In this document: positions 11,321 through 24,359 of the stretch, piece by piece
Position numbering within the stretch: position 1 is the stretch's first letter
Layout: every line of letters starts with the position of its first letter
Source of the DNA: Callorhinchus milii
Lineage: Eukaryota
Length of the DNA stretch: 64,000 bases
NCBI RefSeq assembly: GCF_018977255.1
Contig: NW_024704743.1
Coordinates: 109,122,001 to 109,186,000, forward strand
Direction of reading: 5' to 3'
Notes under the pieces: generated by a model
What the model saw: the letters and a program-made list of their open reading frames with translations, nothing else
What the model was told of the DNA's origin: nothing
Database searches by the model: none
Position numbers and translations under genes: made by a program

Positions 11321-13189
11321 ATAATATTTCTCTGCTTGAAATTAAAATGGAAAACAGCAATGCAGTGGGCCAGTAGGTTTTACTGTACAAGTACAGTGCC
11401 TTTGGACATCCTCCTGATGTGAAAGGCGTTATACGCATGTAATTGGTTGTTGTGGTTGTGGTAGAATATCAAACCACAGTAAGTATAATAAATCAAAGTT
11501 ATTTAAAACAATTATTTTATTTGAAAAAAAATCGTTCACTGAACCAAGAAACATCAGTACAGATGTAATTATCAGCACACAACCATCAATTATTCAAAGG
11601 AATATAAGCACTCCACATGCAGTATTTTGCCTTCAAATAAAATATCATTCTAACTGCTGCAAGAAAACACCTTCTGTTGTAGTTTCCGACTGGCATACAC
11701 TTGTCACTGGTTAGGCAGTCTCTTCTCACAGATGAAGGCTAGTTACTATAAGATCCATGAATAGACAAATACGTTGAGATGTTACAACATGATAAGGTGT
11801 TAAACCAAATGCAAGGATTATTATTGCAATTGGAAATGGAAGAAATCAATGACATTATATGGTTTGTGGCTCAGGAATCAATAAAGTAGTGGGCAGCAAG
11901 AGCACAATTCATTTGGATGGAACAAGGCCAACTTTTCCAGAAGGATGGCAATGCAAATCAAGCTCAAGCCTCAGGACTCCATTCATATTCAAACTTATTT
12001 TAAGCCTAAGAATTGCTCTGAGACAGTTGATTGTGGAACAGAGCAGATTAATTGAGAGTAGGAGAGTCGAATACTCAGTTTACTCAGTGAATAGCAGGAA
12101 GCATTTGTCAAGGTTTCAAGGATACAATATAGGTTCAGCTCTCTTAGACATACCTGAGCACTTGAGATTCCTCTAAATCTTAAACTAGAACATTATATTG
12201 TCAACTAAACAAGGTGTTTGTAATGGCTCATTTAGTTAGTTTCACAAAAAAAAGTTATCAGAAGACCCAGAAATATTGCAGTAAACCAGTGGTTACAGTA
12301 AATCATCTTTCATTGGTCCTCAGTTATCTCCAGCTAGATTTTAAAGGTAAAAACTAAGCAAACTGTCCAAAGACCAACCAACCACGATTAATCCTGAGTA
12401 CTGGACGGGATTCTTTCACTGTAACTATTGTTTAACAATATTAATGCAACGTTCAGCTGTTCATCCGGTTTGCAATAAATGAAACGCAGGGCAGACATGA
12501 GCCAATGTAACCATTGGCAGCACCATAATTCGTTGGAAATAGCATGGAGGCTTCCTGTTTTCAAAGCTTGTAATATTCTAAAGAGCTGAAAAAGAAAGAC
12601 ATCAATTACACTCCTGGTCTGATGGAATGATTGATGACTTTAACAGGTCTTTAGGGATTAGCCGTCCTTGCTTGTGACTGACCTTTGATGGGTCCAGGAT
12701 CAGTGCCCTCTTCTGGTAATGAGATAATATACAAACCGTTGAGCATTTGCGCAAGAAATTGCCTCTTTCCAGGTTAATCATTCCTTTAACAAATTTGACT
12801 ATCTTTGCCTTCTTGTCTTTTTTTGCACAGTTGACTTTTCTTACGGAATTTATTTTATCCATAATTCATCGGATTTTTGGTATCCATGTGGCTTGTGAGC
12901 AATAAATCCACATGGTGAGTTTTGTATTATGGTCAAACCAGGATCTGGTCACGGCCAATCTCCTATCTGGAGAATGAGGTGGGGTGGGGTAGGGCGAGAA
13001 AGAGGTGGGGTGGGTTATGGGGAGAATGAAAGTAAATGACTGGGAATTTAAACAAAGATGTTTATTGCAGGCTCCAGGACATTGTATAAATCTATCAAAA
13101 ACTTTAAACTTTTTTGGGGGAAACGTGATACCCAAGGGAAATAGTTTAAATGACATCTTATCAGAGTTGACGAGTTATAAAAAATAAAA

Positions 13190-13482
13190 AAATCCTTGCA
13201 TTTGCTATGGCACTTTTTCACATCTTCGAGACGTCTCAATGCACTTCACAGAATATACAGTAAAATTAATTGACTGTATATTTTAGTGGGCGAAATGTGA
13301 CAGACAATTGTGCACAGCAGTGTCCCACAAACAGTCATGATTGAGTGACCAAATTATTATTGTGCTTTTTTTTCTTGAGAGATTATTATTATCAGGTGTG
13401 TGGAATAAGGAAACTTGCCCAAGGTTTCGCCCTGCCGGGACTCAAATCCAGGTCTCTCGCTTGCGAGGCAAATGCTACAGGG
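13190..13482 (-). mobile_element. tRNA-Ala-headed SINE (family A), older copy
   Basis: Reverse match to 17487-17807 (atccttgcatttg...aaggaaacttgcccaaggtttcgccctgcc...caggtctctcgcttgc). Confidence 0.85.
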
Positions 13483-15354
13483 TTTATCTAAAGTATAATT
13501 GCTATTTGCCATACTGTATATGGACCACTCTGTAACAGTGCTTTATTTAATAACTAGTATGGCTACTCATACATAAACCATTTATCATACAATATGAATA
13601 TATTGTATTAGACAGTGAATACACTGATTTTGATATAATAATAATATCCAATACAACAGCATAGTATATTTAACCGAATACAAAATTTGATTTGTTCTCT
13701 ATATGTGTATTACATATCCCTCATCAAACTCATGTGTGGATACTCCACTCAGCGCGGGAAAGAAGTTTCTATGCACAATGCTTTGGAGTACTGCAGACCC
13801 ACTTGACTCAGAAACCAAACTGCGGAGGCCATCACAGAGCATTGACTGGATTCTGACATTCTGTTGTCAGGAAGATCACTATGAAGCTAGCTCATCCCCA
13901 AGGAGACCACACTTACCTTCTCCTCCAGGGAGGAAAGTTCACACTATGCACATTTTCTCATCATGTAGTGAGCATTGAATTGAAGAGGAGTTTTTAGAAA
14001 TACATGATTAAAAGGAAAGTAATTTTGAAAAGATGTATATATTTGGCAAGCAACCTGAACAAAGGTATAGAGATAAATAGGATGTTTTTTCTCCAGTTAT
14101 ATAAAAATGGTCTTTAACCTTGAAATTGGGTGTTAACATCAGACTGACAAGTAGCTCATGCGATTTTTCAGGGGAGCCTGCTGCTCAATAAATGTAAAGT
14201 GCCAATCAGGAACAGGCAGTCTGAAGAATTAATTGGCCTCACAGGTCTATCATGTAAACCTCATTAGACATAATGGAGAAAGTCTTGTCCAGTAAAGGAG
14301 GCTCATTATGAAGTGTCTCAAATATGTAGGACTTAACAGCAGGAATATCTAAAGCAGAAGAAGTAATGTATTTCTAAGAATATTTAGCAGAGATGTGAGC
14401 CGTTATCTTGTTTAGACAGACATTGCTGATATTGCACAGCTGCCATGATGTAGCACAAAATGGACTCTTGCATTGAACTCAGAGCAAATAGCCTATATTT
14501 AATATCAAATGCAAGGATTATTATTATATGCCTGGCTCAAACATATCTATTCTAGTGCAGTCAATTTATTGGAAAGTATGGTAATCAGATAAATGTGGCT
14601 TTATTTTTTCCACAAATGTTAGGATGTTAATACAAAATGCCCACCTGCTCTCCTTGGAGCATTATAGCACGTAACATTTGCAAACAGGAGTGATGGGCTG
14701 TAACTTTAGGTTTTTGCGGAACCATTGAAATAATGTCAAATGCTCTGGGATGCTATCCTGCGTGAGGGGTGCTACATCAATGCAAGTTGTTGTGGTTGCT
14801 TCAGAGGTAACATTGAGGTCAATTTTGTGTTATTCAATAGATTTCCGAAGAAAGTAACGGATTTCTAAATTAGAACGACAACAACTTGCAATTATACAGC
14901 GTCCCTCACACAAGGGGAGCGTCCCAGAGGCACTTTAAGAGTAGGGATGGAAGTAAATCATGTAAGAAACATGGAGCAAAGTCAACCCTATTCTTGAAAA
15001 CCGAGCAGTAGGAATTTATTGTGCATCGTGTCACGGACAAATCAAGAAATGTATGAGAAAAAAGATTCTTCAGTGCGCCCTTAGAAATGTGTCCAGTTAT
15101 GCAAGTGCTAATAAATTAAACACAACTCCATTATAAAATTGAGGTTACCATTTGTATTTTGCAAACTGCTATTAATAATAGAACTGTTGTGCTGAAGCCC
15201 AGGGAAGTTGAACGTTCAAAGTCACAGCACCTCGAGGCTGAAATTGGGATTTTACTTTGTGCAACATGGTGTTGTGATTGCTTGCAACAACAATCATTAT
15301 ATTACATTACAGTAATTACTGCAAGCACTTTCAGATGTTTAAACATTATAATGT

Positions 15355-15680
15355 GCTGCAACAATTCACAGTCTAGGCTGAGACTGCAATGCTGGGGATG
15401 TGCTGCATTGTCAGAGGTACCATTCTTTGGACGAGATGTTAATCTGATGATGTTAATCTGAGACCCAGTCTGCCTGTCCAGATACCATGGATTATTTGAA
15501 TCTCCCAAATAAAAAAAAGTCATTCATTTCATAGCTGTTTGTGAAATATTCCTGTGCACAAATTGGCTGCTGCACTTACCTACAAATACAGTCACTACAC
15601 TTTATAGTGAAATCCTGTGAAGTGTTTTTGAGACATTTCATTGGCATGATAAGGCAGTACATCAAATGCAAGGCTAAATT
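15355..15680 (+). mobile_element. Family B SINE
   Basis: gtctaggctgagac, gctgcattgtcagaggtaccattc, cacaaattggctgctgc, atcaaatgcaagg. Confidence 0.75.
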
Positions 15681-16669
15681 ATTTCTTTAGCATTCTGTTG
15701 TAATATCTTTCAGGCAAATAACAAAGTACAAAACCATCACAATGATTCACCCCAACCCCAATTTTTTTTATATAAGATCCTGAATTAGATAAATAATTAA
15801 GCAAAGCAACAGTAAGAAACAATTCATTTGGGAAATTTTAAATTATATTAATCCTTCGACGATAAAGAAGACAATTCGATAAACTGCATTTCCCAGTGAT
15901 GAAGTACACCTGCTCAAGCTTTAAATTCCTCAAACTTGCAAAGGCAAATAGTATCATGCAAATGGTATATTGGAGGTTTTTCAGACATTTGACTGCATGT
16001 TTAAGGAAAACATTTTCCATCCCCGAATTGAGAAAATAATCTTTCCAGCATATTTTTGTTCCAAGATGGTTGCAGCTACTTTTCCTGTTGACTCAAATAG
16101 TACCAATGTACAAGGTTTCAAGAAGAGGTTCAGACTCATCTGTTGACTGTTGCATACAGACCAGCACATTGGTTGTAGCGCACAGTGCAAATTTAGAATT
16201 TCTTCAAGTATTGATTAGGAATTACTCAGATGTGCCAGAGGTTCTCTCCCTTTCCGTTCTCCCCCACATGGTCCCCTCCCGCCTCGGCACAATTATCAAT
16301 GCTGACATCTGTGTGGCTGGAGCGCCAAGTTCTACTTCTGACGTGCACCTTGTGGCTTTCATCTGCGCTTTTGCAAGATAGTGAACAGCATTGCAGCAGT
16401 GACCACTGCAGAGCTTCTCTAAGTCACAGAGCACTAAATGAGATGCCTTTCAAAACAGTAGCAGATTTACTGCAGACAATCATTGCAGCTAATGTACAGA
16501 GACGCAACCTTACTTGGACATTGCCCAGTTTCTAGCAAGTATCATTGATCAATCTGAAGTAGATGTCGGCAATATTTATGACACATACCTTTATGATTGG
16601 AACGCTACAGGGTCCTGATTTATGCTAAATTGAATGCATAAAAGTGCAAGTGTTATACAGTGCTGTGAA

Positions 16670-16965
16670 ATAATAATATCCTTATATTTGACATAGCACC
16701 TTTCACATCAGGAGGATATCTCAAAGCACTTCACATGATTTATCATGAAGTGTAGTGACTGTGTATTTACACATGAATGTGGCAGCCAATTTGTGCACAA
16801 CAATGGCTGACAAAAAGCCATGAAGTGAATTGTATCTTGGTATTTTTGGCCAGGATACTCGATCCTTCTCTTTTCAAGTTATGCCATGGGATCTTTAATT
16901 TTCACCTGAATAGACAGACAGGACTTCAGTTTGACCTTGATTGGAAGGACGGCACCTTCAACAAT
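16670..16965 (-). mobile_element. Family B SINE 3' part
   Basis: aataataatatcctta...agcacctttcacatcaggagg...gcagccaatttgtgcac...aggacggcaccttcaacaatgca. Confidence 0.75.
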
Positions 16966-17222
16966 GCAACAACAACAAAATTACATTTGTATAGCGCCTT
17001 TCACGTCGGGAGGACATCCAAACGTGCTGGACAGTCAGTGTTTTGGACCCAAGCTGGAGTCAGGATTTGGGAGGGTGGAGGGCAGGGGGGGAAGCAGGGT
17101 GATCGAAGAGGTGGGTCTTGAGATGGGTCTTGAAGGAGGCAACGGAGGGGGTGAGGCGGAGGGACTGCGGATTAAAGTTCCAGATGGTGGGGGCAGAGTG
17201 GCAGAAGGCCCACCCGCCAATG
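16966..17222 (-). mobile_element. L2 3' end
   Basis: (CAA)n tail, gcgcctttcacgtcgggaggac hairpin, aagttccagatggtggggg. Confidence 0.85.
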
Positions 17223-17486
17223 ATAAATGTTAATTTTGAGTAAATGTTAAGTCAACGTGATGCAATAGTTTTTGCTTATCACAGCGGCCTCAATGGTGGT
17301 ATGTAATGCACCTGTAAGTTAACGCATGTAAACTAATTACATGTTAACTTCATTAAATAATAATAATCGCTGCATTTGATTGAATGCCTTTCACATGTGA
17401 GGGGAGGGGGAATGACGTACCAAATCACTTCACAGGATTTACAATAAAATGTAGTGACTGTGCATTATGTAGTTGAACACCTACGT

Positions 17487-17807
17487 GGAGTCCTGTAGCT
17501 CAGTGGTTAGAGCACTCGCTTTGCAAGTGAGAGACCTGAGTTCAATTCCAGGCAGGGCGAAATCTTGGGCAAGTTTCCTTACTCCACACGCCTAATAATA
17601 ATCCATCCAAAAAACCAAAAACAATAATAAATTGGTCATTTTCAATCTACGACTGTTTGTGGGACATTGCTGTGCGCAATTGGCTGCCGCGTTCGCGCAC
17701 AAATATACAGTCAATTCATTTACAGTGTGTTCTGTGAAGCGCTTTGGGACGTCCTCCCGACGTGAAAAGCGCTATATCAAATGCAAGGATTATTATTATT
17801 ATTATTA
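17487..17807 (+). mobile_element. Full-length young tRNA-Ala(UGC)-derived SINE (family A)
   Basis: Head ggagtcctgTAGCTCAGTGGttagagca-ctcgc-ttTGCaa-gtgag-agacctgaGTTCAATTCC with A and B boxes; L2-like 3' hairpin; (TTA)n tail. Confidence 0.92.
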
Positions 17808-18592
17808 CGGGCCAGCGCACTTCAATTGCGGTATACATTGATGATTATACTAACCACTAGGAGGAAAGTTTCCACTTCGGCTTCTGTTTTACAGTTACTA
17901 AGCCTCTGCTCTATGGAAGCTCCGTCACTATTCATGGGCTAATTTTAGTGACAGGAGGAAAATCGACCCATTTATGTTTCTGCCAAATGCTTTCACCTTT
18001 TCTTGTCTCTGACAGCTCAGTGCTGCTTGGTGTGAAGCAGTGTACAGCAGGATCAGAGACGCAGATTCTCTCACACATGGGCCATTTCAGCCCCTGCGGC
18101 ACCTGAGCCTGCCTCAATGTTCTGACGTTTCATCACTGCCAATGTCCCTAAACTGGGCAAAGGAGGACATCAGAGCAGACAGGTTCAATTGGCAGACTGG
18201 CCATTGCTGCACTCCTTATCCCCAGTGTTTTCAGCAGGTTGTGTTTGCAGGGCAGATAGGTGGTGAAGTCAGTCTTATGTTTTTTTCTCTCTCTGGCAAT
18301 TTTTCTCCCTCCGTTTTCTCCCCTCCTCTCCCGAAGATATCTGCCTCCATTTTCCTGCAACTGAGTATGGTGCCTCACACCAAGAGCCGATTTCAGTAAA
18401 TTCCTGATATATCATCATTCCAAGCAAAAAGAGCTCAGGACAATTTAGGCATGAGTCCTCCCAGGCCATGAAGGGTCACTGTGGCTGGGAGGATCTACAC
18501 TAACACATACTCCACCTGTGCAGAGAGAGCAGGTCTTAGTGTGACAGAGTAGCGCAAGCTCCCACAACTCTCTGTTTATTTGTTAAGTCCAG

Positions 18593-18904
18593 TGGAGTCC
18601 TGTAGCTCAGTGGTTAGAGCACTCGCCTTGCAAGCAAGACACCTGGATTCAATTCCAGGCAGAGCAAAACCTTGGGCAAGTTTCCTTACTCCATACGCCT
18701 AATAATAATCACTCCAAAGCCAAACAATAATAAATTGGTTATTTTCAATCCACGACTGTTTGTGGGACACTGCTGTGCGCAATTGGCTGCTGTGTTTCGC
18801 CCACAAATATACGGTCAATTCACTTTATAGCATATTCTGTGAAGCGCTTTGAGACATCGAGAAGACGTGAAAAGCGCTATATCAAATGCAAGAATTATTA
18901 TTAT
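18593..18904 (+). mobile_element. Full-length family A SINE
   Basis: Same structure as 17487-17807; possible degenerate TSD taagtcca/taagtaca. Confidence 0.92.
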
Positions 18905-18984
18905 AAGTACAAATTTATGTATAGGCATATGTGTCTGTAAAAATCTTTTGTTCATTTTGCTTATTGAGTTCAGTCCTCGTTTCA

Positions 18985-19060
18985 TTCAATATCTACACTT
19001 GGAAATGTCTGTATAGCAATCAGGAGTGGGAACTGTGACTGATTTCTTTCTATGTGCTCC
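18985..19060 (-). mobile_element. AmnSINE2-like fragment
   Basis: Reverse strand reads aaatcagtcacagttcccactcctgattgctata, matching the 2105-2135 block. Confidence 0.4.
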
Positions 19061-21668
19061 CACCCGCACTCCCCCACCCACCCCCGGTTCTTCACGTCAG
19101 AGATCTCATAGGTCCCTGTGAGTTCCATGCATCATGTCCTGAGCCCCTTTTTCCACTATTTACTATACTGGTAACCCGCCTTTCTTTTTCAGCCGATGCC
19201 AATCAACCATTCTGACATTTTTCAGCTTTTAGTGTTTGTTTAAGCAGCATTTTGAAGCAAGATTATCACCTCTCACTTAAAGTCCACCGTTTCGTGCTGG
19301 GACACCCAGTGGAGCAAAATTGGCCACACATTTCATGTCAAAGAAACAGATACTCAGAAGTTTAATTAACTGTTGTAAAGGGATTTGTGAGGCCATTAGA
19401 AAAATGTTATACCTCAGAGATCTTTCACAGTCAGGCTTTCCAATTGTATAGACATAGCAGCATATGGCAGCTTTGGGGGAAAAAAATATTTAATCCCACT
19501 GAGCAAGCAGCTGTTATAATAACATATCTGGAGAAACTCAAAGAGATGTTGGTATTATACTGAAAGGATATTTTATCCACGTCACTAGACACAAGAAGAG
19601 ATTCTCAGAGAAGGGAGTTTTTCTCGATATGCTGGCTGCCATGATCATCTATAAAACACAGTCATTGCACTTTACATTGTATCCCGTGAAGCACTTTGGG
19701 ACATCCTCCTGACGTGAAAGGTACTATACCAAATAGAAGGATTATTATTAATTAATGATAATAATCTCAAGGTGAGGACTGTTAGAATATGATATATGTC
19801 ATAAAGCGCTTTAAGACAGGGCCGCATAAAATTGTAAACGTAAAGTTGTTAATCTTGTTTATGTGAACCAAATGGCGGATAACACCATTTTGTACTTAAA
19901 CCATCGCTCGACATCTGTTAATAACATAGGTTGTTTTTGTCTGGTTAAGAAGAAATGGTCAACATGAAATGTTGAAGTAAGACAACCATTGGCTTTGGGA
20001 GGATACAAGTTGTTTTGTAGTCAAAACGCCCGGTTCATAGGATAAACAGAAGTAATAGCGCGCTTGACTCTTTGCGAAAGGCCTACGTGTCTGATAATTG
20101 ATTTGTAAGGGAACCAGGCACGCAGAGGCAGAGGGCCAAAGCATGCTGACTGCTTCAGAACTGCGTAGTATAGGTTTTATGTATTATATTTGAATAAACT
20201 GAGTAAGCCACAAAACTTTATTGTTTGGTCTTTTGACTTGAACACTGGGAGTTGAGATCCCAACACTATTTAGACTTGTTCATTTAAAGAGAGGCTTGGG
20301 GAAAATAAGGCATTTGAGCTAATAGGGTATCTAACCTTTACCTTTGTGCTAACGTTTTAAACTTTTATTTGTTTGGCTTCCTTTTTCCAGCTTTTTTTCA
20401 ACTCTGAATGGCAGGAAGAACTTTTTTATATTGAAATGAATTTGCCCAAGTAACAAGTCACCTTGAGATATTCTGACCTGATGAGGAGCTTACATCAAAA
20501 GCAATAATTTAAGTTTTGTAAGCCGTTTGAATAGGGCAATAGTCTAACAAGCAATCAAAAGCTAAAGCTGCAAGATTGACAATATTCCATTAAAGAAATG
20601 GTCCTGTCAAACTCTGAGCTGAACTTAAAGTGGAAGGTCAGGAGGGCAGGTTGCAAATGTCAATTCCCAGCAATGACAACCAAGGAAAGTTACCCATTAA
20701 CTTTTTTATCTCTTAGCTTTTCATCGGTCTGTTAGGCTGGTTTTGAACTGATCAAGACGATTTAATGTAATATATATAATATAAACATATATGCCACTCC
20801 AAGAGCTAATCTTGGCTGTCAGCTGAAGGAAATTGATCAAAAAGATAATGATAATAATTATTTTAATAAATATTTTCCGCAACTATTAAACACTCAGGGA
20901 GCCAACCTGCCTCCATCTATTCTCTAGCACCACCTCATTTTTGAGTCAATCAGTCTTGTCACCTCTACTATCTCGATACTGTGTCATTTACCAGTACAAG
21001 AGATGCAATGTAACCTCATAAGACAATATTGCAAAACGTTGTGACAACATTTATTTCTCAATGTATAGTTTAAGCTTCAAGCAGTGCCACAGAAGTATTT
21101 TGAAAGACAAACTGACATCTGGAATAGATATTTTATTTAGGATATACTTTACATGACTTGAGAATGGAAGAGCTTTCTATTCACCCAAAGGCCAGATGAG
21201 CTAGATGCCATAGTGGAATACGTTCACTATTAAACATAGACAGACATCTGTGATTTAATCAAGTATATTCAGTAGCTCTTATCCATTGCTGGTGATGGTT
21301 TGCTATAAATATGGAGGACCAGAGAGTTGGAGAAGCATATTTTTTTAAAAAATATTTCTTTCATCAGAGCTACCTGTACATCACGTGAGGGTAGAAACTT
21401 AATTAGGCAACAACCTGGTGAGACTAAAAGGAGAGCGCTTCAAAATTCTGTAATGTCAGTAGCTGCTATAATGACTGTAACGCTAACTAACTCTGCTACA
21501 AGAGTCCTTCAGACACCCACAGGCTACACAACAGAGACCTGTCAGCTCTTTATTCTCAATTCACACAAGTGACAGCTGCTTAGTCAAATAGACAAGTAAA
21601 TATATGAGATACCTAGTGATTTCCTGACAACACTGCAGAAGTGTGCAGGATTCTTATATTAGATAACT

Positions 21669-22096
21669 GTGTGTGAGCCAGGCTCAGTTGGTAGCGCTCT
21701 CGCCTCTGAGTCAGAAAGTTGTGGGTTCAAGTCTCACGTCAGGACTTGGAACCAGTATCAAAACTGCGCTCCAGTGCAGTGCTACCATTGTGCTGCATTG
21801 TTGGAGGTCCCATCCTTCGACAAAACATTAAGACTGAAGTCCCGTCTGCCTGTCCAAGAGGGCGTTCAAGATCCCATGGCACTATTCAAAAAAAGGAGTT
21901 TATCCCAATACCCTGTCCAACAATCCCCCTGAATAAAATTGTTCATTCACTCCACGGCTGTTTGTGGGATGTGCACAAATTGGCTGCTGCATTTGCCCAC
22001 AAAATACACGGTCACTGAACTTTACAGTATATCCTGTGAAGAGCTTTGAGATGCCTCGATGACGTGATAAGTCATATATCAAATGCGAGGCATAAT
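21669..22096 (+). mobile_element. Near full-length family B SINE (SacSINE1/DeuSINE-like)
   Basis: ggctcagttggtagcgctctcgcctctgagtcagaaagttgtgggttcaagtc head, gatcccatggcactatt core, tail tatatcaaatgc. Confidence 0.88.
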
Positions 22097-22435
22097 ATAT
22101 AACTGGCTCCTGTTACAATTTGAAATCAAATGAAATATTTGAAATATTTTGCGGAACTTCCCTCGTATTAAAAGAGTGCAATCAGTCAATACAATTGGAC
22201 ACACATCTCCTATGAAGAGGAAATGTGACTTTCTAGCATTTGGCTTTTTGGGGTTGCGTCTTTCAGGAACACTATTTAGTGCCTCGTATTGAGTGGATTT
22301 CCGAGCTATGTTTCAAATCTCTTTCATTAACAAATATTTTATGACTCGATTTTTCCAATCAAATCAAAATAAGTTTAATTACAAAATAGAGCAAACTAAA
22401 AAGACTATCAGAAGTAACATACAGAGCACCATGAA

Positions 22436-23341
22436 TTATATGATGATGACCACACAAATCTACTTTGCCTCCTCCAATACCAACTCCAGGTCCGCCGATG
22501 TTCTATCAGCTTGTCTGGCAGACATCAGGGCCTGGATGAGTCTAAACTTCCTCCAGCTGAATATGGACAAGACACTTGGCTCCCGTCAACGCCTTCACTC
22601 CTGTGGATCTAAACTCCTCAACCTCCTGGGCTCTCCCTCAGACTCACCAAACCAGTGCACAATCTAGACATCCAGTTTGACCCGTAGCTGTCCTTCCTCC
22701 CCCACATCCAGTCCCTGACCTGGACAGCCTTCTTCCACCTCTGCCACATTGCCCGCCTCCGATCGTCCCTTACCCCAAATGCAGCCGAAACTCTCGTGCA
22801 TGCATTTGTCACCTCCCACTTGGATTACTCAAAAGATCCAGTTCATTCAGAACTCTGCCGCCTGCATACTGATCCGGATCAAACTCTGTACCCACATCTT
22901 ACCAGTTCTGGCCAGGCTCCACTGGCTCCCTATCACAGAACAGATCGACTTTAAAATCCTCACGCTCATGTTCAAATCCATTCACTCCCTGGAACTTCCC
23001 TATCTCTCCGAACTCTTCACTACCCAATTCACCACCTTGGGCCTCTGCTCGACTGGCATTGGCTTCCTCCTCGTCCCTTGCACCCTCCGCCCCACCATCG
23101 GAGGTTGTGCTTTTAGCCACTACACCCCAAAACTCTGGAACACTCTCCCTCAATCCCTCACCCTTGCCCCCTCTCTCCGCTTTTTCAAGTCCACCTGAAA
23201 AACTTCCTCTTTGACCTTGCTTGTGGCAAACTCCCCCCCCCACGCCTCCCAGTTCGGAGTCAGGCTTCACCACTGTTAGGCGCTCTGAGACACTACCCTC
23301 CATGGAGGGCGCTATATACGTGGAAGTGGTTGTTGTTGTTG
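22436..23341 (+). mobile_element. L2 LINE 3' 0.9 kb
   Basis: WMSLNFLQLN, QNSAA, LHWLPITEQIDFKIL, LWNTLP; (GTT)n tail. Confidence 0.9.
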
Positions 23342-24039
23342 TACAGGCTGGGAGCACTAATCGCAAATGTCTTAAAAATTGGCTGTTTGTGGAATATTGC
23401 TGTGTGCAAATTGGCTGCCATGTTTGCCTACAAAACAGAAAGTCACTACACTTTACAATATATTCTGTGAAGGTCTTTGAGATGGTGTCGCGATGTGAAA
23501 GGCACTATATCAAAGGTAGGGATTATTTATTATAACTGATTCAGTCAGATTCATAAAGGCGGGGAATTTCTTGAAGATAATAGATCAAATTCACAGCTCA
23601 CTTGTCATAGTGTTGCCTCTCGGAAAAGGATAACTGGGTGTTCCAGGGACCCCGACCCTTTGCCACCGACATTTTAATGAAAATGTACAAGCTTAGAGAG
23701 TTGCTTATGCATTATTTTCAAGATCTTCATGATGAAAAAAGAACAATAAGAACGTGGGCCTCTTTCAAAGCAGCGTTGATCTGAACACTCCAAAGCCCCA
23801 GTGTATCGTTGACTTACATCCTGATTACTTCATGGTTGAAATGCTGTTTAGCTTGGGCTCCCTACCCGAGTACCTCCTGGGGTGTAAGGATCACACATGA
23901 CTTCTGACCATCTGCTCACCCTAGGTGCCAAACACAGTGATCTCTTAGAACATATACAAATGGATTGGCTACAGAGCAGGACCTCTTATTAACACTTTAC
24001 AGTGCAACCAAACAACATCTCTCATACATGTGATAGCTT

Positions 24040-24350
24040 CTCTGAGACCCAACTATGGCAGATTCCACTCATGCACAGGCATTATTCCAAAAGGTTGTGA
24101 GTTCAATCCTGATGTCAGGCCTCACTTTGAATTCACAGTCTCATCTGATGCTCCAATACAGTTATGGAAGAACTCTGCATCAGAACTTTCTGCCTGTTGA
24201 GATGGACAATAAAGGTCCCATGGCACCAAACAAAAATAGAAGCAAGTTTCTCCCAGTGTCCTGGTGAACAAGCCCCCAGATAAAATTCACATTGTGGCTG
24301 TTTAGTGGAACATTTCTATGTACAAACTTGCGCACAAACTACACAGTCAC
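24040..24350 (+). mobile_element. Family B SINE, diverged
   Basis: aaggttgtgagttcaatcc head remnant; aggtcccatggcacc; agtttctcccagtgtcctgg. Confidence 0.6.
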
Positions 24351-24359
24351 AAATACACA

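Noticed and set aside
17487..17562. tRNA-Ala gene
   Set aside because: It is the head of a multi-copy SINE; there is no proper acceptor stem and it continues into SINE body and tail
18015..18399. Open frame after a pyrimidine tract as a coding exon
   Set aside because: No recognisable homology and no convincing donor; probably chance
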